Shown here: one piece after another, positions 58,211 through 64,000 of the stretch
Layout: every line of letters begins with the position of its first letter
Numbering within the stretch: position 1 is the first letter of the stretch
Source of the DNA: Candidatus Magasanikiibacteriota bacterium
GTDB taxonomy: Bacteria; Patescibacteriota; Patescibacteriia; Magasanikbacterales; GWA2-37-8
DNA length: 64,000 nucleotides
Assembly: GCA_963840935.1 (NCBI GenBank)
Contig: CAWJAS010000001.1
Coordinates: 579,834 to 643,833, forward strand
Reading direction: 5' to 3'
Program-made: the position numbers and the translations under genes
The notes under the pieces: model-generated
The model's input: only the letters and a program-made list of their open reading frames with translations
Databases searched by the model: none
Told to the model about the DNA's origin: nothing

Positions 58211-58906
58211 ATGAGCGAAAGATATTTCAGACCACCCGGGGTTCCGGAATGCGCAGTCAGAATTCCACTCGAAAATAAATCAACACCCGAATCAAACAAA
58301 TACGACAAAACCATTCCCATGACTGAATGGGAAGATAGAATAAAAAAAGATAAAAAATTTATATTTAAAGGATTTATTGAGGCAGAAAAAGAAGGACCTA
58401 ATAAGCCGGCAAATTTTTATGTTGAAACAGTCGCGCTGAACGAAATAGGAGAAACTGAAAATGATCATGGCGCGCATGTTGGCGCCGAGGCAATAGGCGG
58501 ACGTTTTGAATTTATTAATTCTCCTGAAGAAGTGAATAATTATAGAATGTTTTTGGAATTCCCAAAAACATGGTTAAAGGATGAGGGATTAATCGCAATA
58601 AATGGTGAGTTAATGACCATTGAAAAAGCCGAGGACAATTTTGAAAAAGAAGCAAAAACGGCAATGAAAGAAGCAAAAATAAAATTAAATTTCTTAACAG
58701 GATTAAATCCTGAAAAAGATAAAGAATTTTTTCAAAAAATCCAAATAGCTTGCGAAGCTTTGAAGGAATACATCAAAAATAAAGGAAGAGTTGAATACGC
58801 GCAAGCTTTTTTAAGAGGGGTAATCGAGGAGTTGAAAGAAGCTGATTCGCCTCTTGAAATCTCTGATATAGAAGATAAATACGTTCCGGAAAAAAGAAAT
58901 CAATAA
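58211..58906 (+). CDS. hypothetical protein
   Basis: This is an ORF only, with no recognisable motifs. Confidence 0.35.
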   Translation: MSERYFRPPGVPECAVRIPLENKSTPESNKYDKTIPMTEWEDRIKKDKKFIFKGFIEAEKEGPNKPANFYVETVALNEIGETENDHGAHVGAEAIGGRFEFINSPEEVNNYRMFLEFPKTWLKDEGLIAINGELMTIEKAEDNFEKEAKTAMKEAKIKLNFLTGLNPEKDKEFFQKIQIACEALKEYIKNKGRVEYAQAFLRGVIEELKEADSPLEISDIEDKYVPEKRNQ

Positions 58907-58943
58907 ATGAGTAAAACTTTTTTTAGCCAAAGAGAGCAGTCTC

Positions 58944-60236
58944 TTATCTTCCCTCCCACTCCCCTGTTTGCCTGACCAAAAGTTCTTTGGCACGCAATGG
59001 TTCGGCCATTAATTCTTTGGCTATTTTTTCTGTTCTGATACTTTGTGAACCTTTAATCAAAATCACATCGCCTTTTTTTATTGCATCTTGCAAAAATCTT
59101 CCGGCAGTTTCACTGTCGGCAAATGACAATACCCTGTGTTCATCCATCCCCGCTTCCCTGGCCGAATTCGCTGTGTGCTTGCCAGCTTCTCCAATTGTCA
59201 CAAGCATGTCAATTCCAAGTTCGGCTGTTCTTAGTCCGATTTCGCGATGAGCGTTCTCTGTTTCCGGTCCAAGTTCGAGCATGTCGCCCAAAACCGCGTA
59301 GCGTTCCGCGCCTTCTCTCACTTGAATTCCGGCCAATGTTTTTAAAGCCGATTTGGTCGGTTCAGGCGATGAATTGTATGAATCATCAATTATAAGAGTT
59401 CCTTTAATGCCGGGTAAAATTCTCATGTGTCCGGCAAGCGGTTTTAATTCGCGCAATGCTTTGGCGGCATCAACCAAATTTATGCCAAAAATATGCCCGA
59501 CTGCCATGGCAGACAGCGCGGACGGAATCAAATGTTCTGCCACTGCACCCGGTAAAAGCACAGGAACAAAACTACCTTTAAAATTAACTTTAAAATTCAA
59601 GCCCGCCGGCCATCCGGTTTCCAAATCAGTAATGATATTTACATCGGTTGCCAAAAAATCCGCGCCTTCTTTAAAACCAAAAGTGAAAACCTCGGCACGC
59701 GTTTTTGTATTTTGCATTACCAAGTCGCTGTCAAAATTCACCACCGCGTAATTATCTTCGTTCAAATGCGAAACAATAATCCGTTTTTCTTGGGCGATTT
59801 TTTTTATTGTTTTGAAATATTCGGTGTGAGCGTGAGCAATGTGCGTTAAAACTCCGACTTTGCAAGGGGCAATGTCTGTCAAATAGGCAATGTCGCCGGG
59901 CTTGTCAGCGCCCATTTCCAAAACCATTATCTCCGGATAATCTTTTTGTCTGACGGCGAGCAAATGAATCGCTCGGCAAAATACTTTACACCAACCAAAA
60001 AAAGATTTACCGGGCGTATTTTCAATTCCAATAATCGTTAATGGCAAGCCGATTTCATTGTTGTAATTGTGCGCGTTTGAACGAATATTAAATTTTGTGG
60101 AAAGTACGGCCGACGTCGCTTCTTTGGTGGATGTTTTGCCAATTGAACCGGTAATACCGACCACATCGGGACGATATTTTTTTATTATTTTTTTGGACAA
60201 TTTGCGCAATATCCAGATAACAAATGTTTTTAACAT
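58944..60236 (-). CDS. murF: UDP-MurNAc-tripeptide--D-Ala-D-Ala ligase MurF
   Basis: 'VGITGSIGKTSTKE' and 'IDDSYNSSPEPTKSALKTL' are present. Confidence 0.8.
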   Translation of the reverse strand: MLKTFVIWILRKLSKKIIKKYRPDVVGITGSIGKTSTKEATSAVLSTKFNIRSNAHNYNNEIGLPLTIIGIENTPGKSFFGWCKVFCRAIHLLAVRQKDYPEIMVLEMGADKPGDIAYLTDIAPCKVGVLTHIAHAHTEYFKTIKKIAQEKRIIVSHLNEDNYAVVNFDSDLVMQNTKTRAEVFTFGFKEGADFLATDVNIITDLETGWPAGLNFKVNFKGSFVPVLLPGAVAEHLIPSALSAMAVGHIFGINLVDAAKALRELKPLAGHMRILPGIKGTLIIDDSYNSSPEPTKSALKTLAGIQVREGAERYAVLGDMLELGPETENAHREIGLRTAELGIDMLVTIGEAGKHTANSAREAGMDEHRVLSFADSETAGRFLQDAIKKGDVILIKGSQSIRTEKIAKELMAEPLRAKELLVRQTGEWEGR

Positions 60237-60250
60237 AAATAAAATTATTA

Positions 60251-61990
60251 TTAATTATTTTTATCTTTTTCCGCGCCCAGATAATCCATGGCGAATTCGG
60301 CCACGTCTTTAAATATTACCGCGGCGGTCGCTTCGGCCCATTGCCTTTCGGGCATCTCATAGTGCACTACCATTACCACGCGCGGATTACCGGCGGGCAC
60401 ATAACCGGCAAAAGTGTGGTTGGTTACATTTTCCAAATAACCGCCCGGACCGGCAATCTGCGCCGTACCTGTTTTTCCGGCGACGTAATAATTATTCATT
60501 CGCACGGAATTCACGTAGGATTTTTCAACCACCGAAGTAAGCATGCCGGAAACTAATTTAGCGGAGCGAGGCGTTATCGCTTGCGCCGTGACTTGCGGTT
60601 CAAATTTTTCTATCTTTCCATTGGCGTACTTAATTTCTTTTATCAGATACGGTTGAGGTACTTTTCCTTCATAAGCCAGAGCGCTGTATGCCAAGGCCAA
60701 CTGCAAAGTTGTCGCGGTAATACCTTGGCCAAAAGAGGCTTGCGCCGTGTAAATTGGGGATTTTTTTTGGAGCGAAGATATGTCACCGGCCAATTCCATA
60801 TCGAGTGGTATGCCGGTTTTTTGGCCAAAACCGAATTTTTCAAGATAAGTTCGCAGTCTACTTGTGCCGATTCTTTCCGCAACCCAAATCATACCCGTAT
60901 TTATGGAATTTTCCAATACTTCGGTCATAGTCACATTATTACCATAGCATTTTTTTAGGGCGTTCCTTATTGTGTATTTATCAAACTGACGCTCACACGG
61001 GTCGTTAAAGGTGGTTTGCGGGCCAACCAACCCCAAATCAATGGCCACAGACATTACAATCGGTTTAAATACCGAACCGATTTCGTAAGCGTTAAATATT
61101 GCGTTGTTATTGAATAATTTTATTGATTCGGTTTCAGAAAAATTATTCGGGTCATAATCCGGCAAACTGCACATGGCGAGCACGGCGCCGGTCGTGGGTT
61201 CAAGCATAATAAGCGACGCACTTTTGGCATTAAACGCTTTCATTCCTTCAGCCAATCTGGCGCAAGCCTTGTATTGCAAAGCACGGTCAACGGTGAGAAT
61301 TATATCCGCTCCGTTTTCCGCTTCGATATTTGTCATTCCGGCCAAAGAAATCCAACCTCCTTGAGCCGCTTTTTCTCCCATAAAAAAACCGGGTTTTCCA
61401 GCCAACACTTTGTTCCAATAGCCTTCCGCGCCGTATTGACCGGATAAATTTTGGTCTTCGTCAAAAGAGCAAAAACCAAGAATGGCGGACGATAAATTTT
61501 CTTCCGGATAATAGCGATATGTTTCCGGACTGCCATAAATTCCTTTCAAACCGGCTTCCTTAATTTTATCCAACGTTTCTTCGGGAATTTTTACGGCTAA
61601 CGGTTCGTACGGGTCGTTCTCTTTTGACAATCTTTCTTTCCATGGCGATGTTGCTTCTTCGGTCAACCCGGTTATTTCAATTAATTTTTCTATTGTTTTA
61701 TCAACTTCATCTTGGGGTATTTCAAGCGGTACACCATATAGCCGATAATATATACGATTAACCGCGGCCGGAAAAATCGCGCCTTTTTGATCTGAAAAAA
61801 ATATCTCACCTCGTTTGGGGTGTAATTTTTGATATATTTCATGCGACGACATGGCCAAAGTGGAATAATAATCATGCTGTAAAATTTGCAAACGAAACAA
61901 CTGGATTCCGGTGATTACGGCAATAATAAGAAACACAAAAGATAATGCTTTTATTTCTTTGTATTCGGAATTTTTATTTTTTTGAAACAT
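60251..61990 (-). CDS. class B penicillin-binding protein (FtsI/PBP2-type transpeptidase)
   Basis: An N-terminal TM anchor, the SxxK motif 'GSVFKP' and a 'KTGT' motif are present. Confidence 0.8.
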   Translation of the reverse strand: MFQKNKNSEYKEIKALSFVFLIIAVITGIQLFRLQILQHDYYSTLAMSSHEIYQKLHPKRGEIFFSDQKGAIFPAAVNRIYYRLYGVPLEIPQDEVDKTIEKLIEITGLTEEATSPWKERLSKENDPYEPLAVKIPEETLDKIKEAGLKGIYGSPETYRYYPEENLSSAILGFCSFDEDQNLSGQYGAEGYWNKVLAGKPGFFMGEKAAQGGWISLAGMTNIEAENGADIILTVDRALQYKACARLAEGMKAFNAKSASLIMLEPTTGAVLAMCSLPDYDPNNFSETESIKLFNNNAIFNAYEIGSVFKPIVMSVAIDLGLVGPQTTFNDPCERQFDKYTIRNALKKCYGNNVTMTEVLENSINTGMIWVAERIGTSRLRTYLEKFGFGQKTGIPLDMELAGDISSLQKKSPIYTAQASFGQGITATTLQLALAYSALAYEGKVPQPYLIKEIKYANGKIEKFEPQVTAQAITPRSAKLVSGMLTSVVEKSYVNSVRMNNYYVAGKTGTAQIAGPGGYLENVTNHTFAGYVPAGNPRVVMVVHYEMPERQWAEATAAVIFKDVAEFAMDYLGAEKDKNN

Positions 61991-63020
61991 AGTCGCTTTT
62001 TAATTGTCCGCAAGCCGCTTTAATGTCTGTTCCCTGAGACAAACGGATGGTGGTGGCAAAACCGGATGCCATTAATTTTTTTTGCCATTTTTTTATAACC
62101 TCGTCGCTTGTCGCCAAAAAATCGCTCCCCCCGATATTTAATGGAATTAAATTAATTCTTACGCGCCCGAGTTTTGACGCCAATTTAATTAATTCTTTTA
62201 GTTCCTTATCGGAATCGTTAATATTGCCAATCAAAACATATTCCAATCCGATAAAATGAGTCCTACTTGGAAAACTTTCGTGGTATTTTTTTGACCACTT
62301 GACCAAAAATTCAAAAAAATCAGCGGTGTGCGAAGGAATTATTTTTTTTCTGGTGGCGGACACAGCCGAATGAAGGGAGAGTGCAAATCTAACCGGTGGA
62401 AAATCCGCGTCTTCAACCAACTTTTCCATAGCGGATTTTATTCCGACCGTGGAGATGGTAATTTTTGTTTCGCCGATTGAAGTATATTTTAAAATCAGAT
62501 TTATCGCTTTTTTCACTTCATCATAATTAAGAAGCGGTTCGCCTTGGCCCATAAAAACCAAATTATCAATCTTGCCGTTATTTTTTTGACTGATAAGATT
62601 ATTCCAAAATCTGTATTGGGCTATAATTTCTTCCGCCGTTAAATTTCTTGAAAATTTGAGCGAACCGGTGGCGCAAAACAGGCAACCCATCGGGCACCCG
62701 ACCTGAGAAGACAAACAAACGGTATGGCGATGCTCCGTGTCACCCGATATTTTTTTTGATTGGCGAGGCATTAAGACGGTTTCTACCGCGCTCTTATCAT
62801 CAAAAACAAGCAATGCTTTTTGGGTATTATCAATTTTACTGGTTTGAAGAACTTCTTGTTTTGCCGGCATCCATTTTACGGCCTTTAATTTTTCGCGCAA
62901 GTCTTTGGGCAAATCGCTCATGTCATTAAAACTTTTTATTTGCGGATTAAACCAAGCGCGATAAATTTGCTCGCGTCGATATTTTGGTTGACTAATTAAA
63001 ATATTTTCAATTTCTTCCAT
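61974..63020 (-). CDS. rlmN: 23S rRNA/tRNA m2A methyltransferase RlmN (radical SAM)
   Basis: 'CLSSQVGCPMGCLFCATG' is a radical SAM CxxxCxxC motif. Confidence 0.85.
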   Translation of the reverse strand: MEEIENILISQPKYRREQIYRAWFNPQIKSFNDMSDLPKDLREKLKAVKWMPAKQEVLQTSKIDNTQKALLVFDDKSAVETVLMPRQSKKISGDTEHRHTVCLSSQVGCPMGCLFCATGSLKFSRNLTAEEIIAQYRFWNNLISQKNNGKIDNLVFMGQGEPLLNYDEVKKAINLILKYTSIGETKITISTVGIKSAMEKLVEDADFPPVRFALSLHSAVSATRKKIIPSHTADFFEFLVKWSKKYHESFPSRTHFIGLEYVLIGNINDSDKELKELIKLASKLGRVRINLIPLNIGGSDFLATSDEVIKKWQKKLMASGFATTIRLSQGTDIKAACGQLKSDYVSKK

Positions 63021-64000
63021 AATCGTGCTTATTGCCGGCTCGTAATAATAAAACCGTTAAACCCATCACAATAAACGAAATGGCATAAACGGATAAATAT
63101 ATGGCCAGTGAAATTTGGGGTAAATGAAACAAGCTTTGAGTAGGCGGTAAAAACACAATAAATGATAGGGCGACATACGTGATTAAACCAATGGCAATCA
63201 AAACAAAATTATTTTTAACTTGGTACCATTCACGAGACAAAAAGATAAGCATAATCTGCGAGACGATTAAGGCGACAAAAGCCAAGCCTCGCCCCATTTC
63301 ATGGTCGTTTTTAAAAATCGAATAGTAAAGATAAAAGCCGATGCTTACCAAAAAAATCGCCACTGCTTGCGCGGAGATTCTACAAAGTAAACTTTTGGGA
63401 ATTAAAGATTCGTCTGTCGGACGTGGTTTTTGACTCATAATATTTTTTGGCGCTTTCTCGCGTTCAAAACCAAGCACTGACGCCGGGTCGCAAATCAATT
63501 CCAAAAACACGACATGAATGGGCAAAAAAATTAAAGGGTCTCCAAAAAATAACGGAAAAATCGCCAATCCGACAATCGGCAAATGAAATGAAATCAAATA
63601 GGAAAATGATTGTTGTAAATTGCGGTAAATTTTTCGCCCTTCCCTGACCGCATTCGCGATTGTAAAAAAATCATCATCAAGTAAAATCATATCCGATGCT
63701 TCTCTGGCCACCTCTGTTCCGCGTATTCCCATAGCAACGCCGATATCGGCTTTTTTGAGCGCCGGCGCGTCGTTAACGCCGTCGCCGGTCATGGCGACAA
63801 TTTCTTTATTTTGTTGAAGCGCATCAACGATTAAAAATTTTTGTTCCGGTTTTACTCGGGCATAAATGTTATATTCGGTCACCGCTTTTCGCAAAGCGGC
63901 CGGTGACATTTTTTCCAAATCATCGCCATATATTACTTTTTTATGATTTTTTATTCCGACGCGCTCAGCAATGGCGGACGCGGTCAATTGGCTGTCTCCG
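63007..64000 (-). CDS. P-type cation-transporting ATPase, C-terminal part (5' end beyond window)
   Basis: The hinge 'MTGDGVNDAPALKKADIGVAMG' and C-terminal TM helices are present. The frame stays open to the window end. Confidence 0.75.
   Translation of the reverse strand, partial: GDSQLTASAIAERVGIKNHKKVIYGDDLEKMSPAALRKAVTEYNIYARVKPEQKFLIVDALQQNKEIVAMTGDGVNDAPALKKADIGVAMGIRGTEVAREASDMILLDDDFFTIANAVREGRKIYRNLQQSFSYLISFHLPIVGLAIFPLFFGDPLIFLPIHVVFLELICDPASVLGFEREKAPKNIMSQKPRPTDESLIPKSLLCRISAQAVAIFLVSIGFYLYYSIFKNDHEMGRGLAFVALIVSQIMLIFLSREWYQVKNNFVLIAIGLITYVALSFIVFLPPTQSLFHLPQISLAIYLSVYAISFIVMGLTVLLLRAGNKHDYGRN

Overview
The window is AT-rich and gene-dense, with small genes, standard stops (TGA, TAA and TAG all terminate genes) and frequent TTG/GTG starts. 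Gene content and architecture resemble a Candidate Phyla Radiation (Patescibacteria)-like bacterium; that taxonomic guess is an inference.

Housekeeping core. A 5'-truncated D-Ala-D-Ala carboxypeptidase gene is followed by priA-def-fmt. A ribosomal and RNA polymerase operon runs on the minus strand (infA-rpmJ-rpsM-rpsK-rpsD-rpoA-rplQ, then rplM-rpsI). Also present are alaS, mnmA, dnaB, ybaB-recR, rplU, rpmA, tsaE, queH, murF, a class B PBP, rlmN and the 3' part of a P-type ATPase (truncated at the window edge).

Glycan loci. Two surface-glycan loci are present. A small one (about 4.7-9.3 kb) has an O-antigen ligase-like gene, GT2, GT4 and a Wzx flippase. A large one (28.9-50.5 kb) is a single-strand array of about 24 minus-strand genes: GT2, GT4 and GT11 glycosyltransferases, FkbM, SAM-dependent and TylF-type methyltransferases, sugar epimerases and dehydrogenases, gmd/fcl for GDP-fucose, a second flippase and a Wzy-TPR protein.

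Most unusual signals, in order of interest:
1. A family of short GC-rich hairpin repeats ('...ctcgcaatgaca', 'cagggcttcgcttcgctacgccctg'). These are inserted in-frame into essential genes (tsaE, mnmA), form the C-terminal tail of queH, and fill the gmd-fcl spacer. This behaviour is like the Rickettsia palindromic elements.
2. A second, roughly 45-bp palindromic repeat family ('cc(c)tcttgataagagg...ggagtc'). Direct copies bracket a GC-rich, apparently foreign HD-domain gene. An inverted pair brackets the entire 21.6-kb glycan locus.
3. fcl is interrupted by an in-frame TAA, while an intact Fcl-like paralogue sits 2 kb away.
4. A soluble VirD4/TraD-like ATPase sits next to a tandem zinc-ribbon protein.
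5. A 673-aa acidic protein carries a GGDEF-like 'GGDEI' palm motif and lies next to a secreted protein with near-identical 303-bp tandem repeats.
6. A tRNA-Glu(CUC) is followed by a structured segment that ends in a duplicate of the tRNA 3' end.
7. PriA lacks a Walker A motif.
8. RpoA lacks the alpha-CTD.

All calls rest on reading the sequence and ORF translations by eye. No database searches were run.
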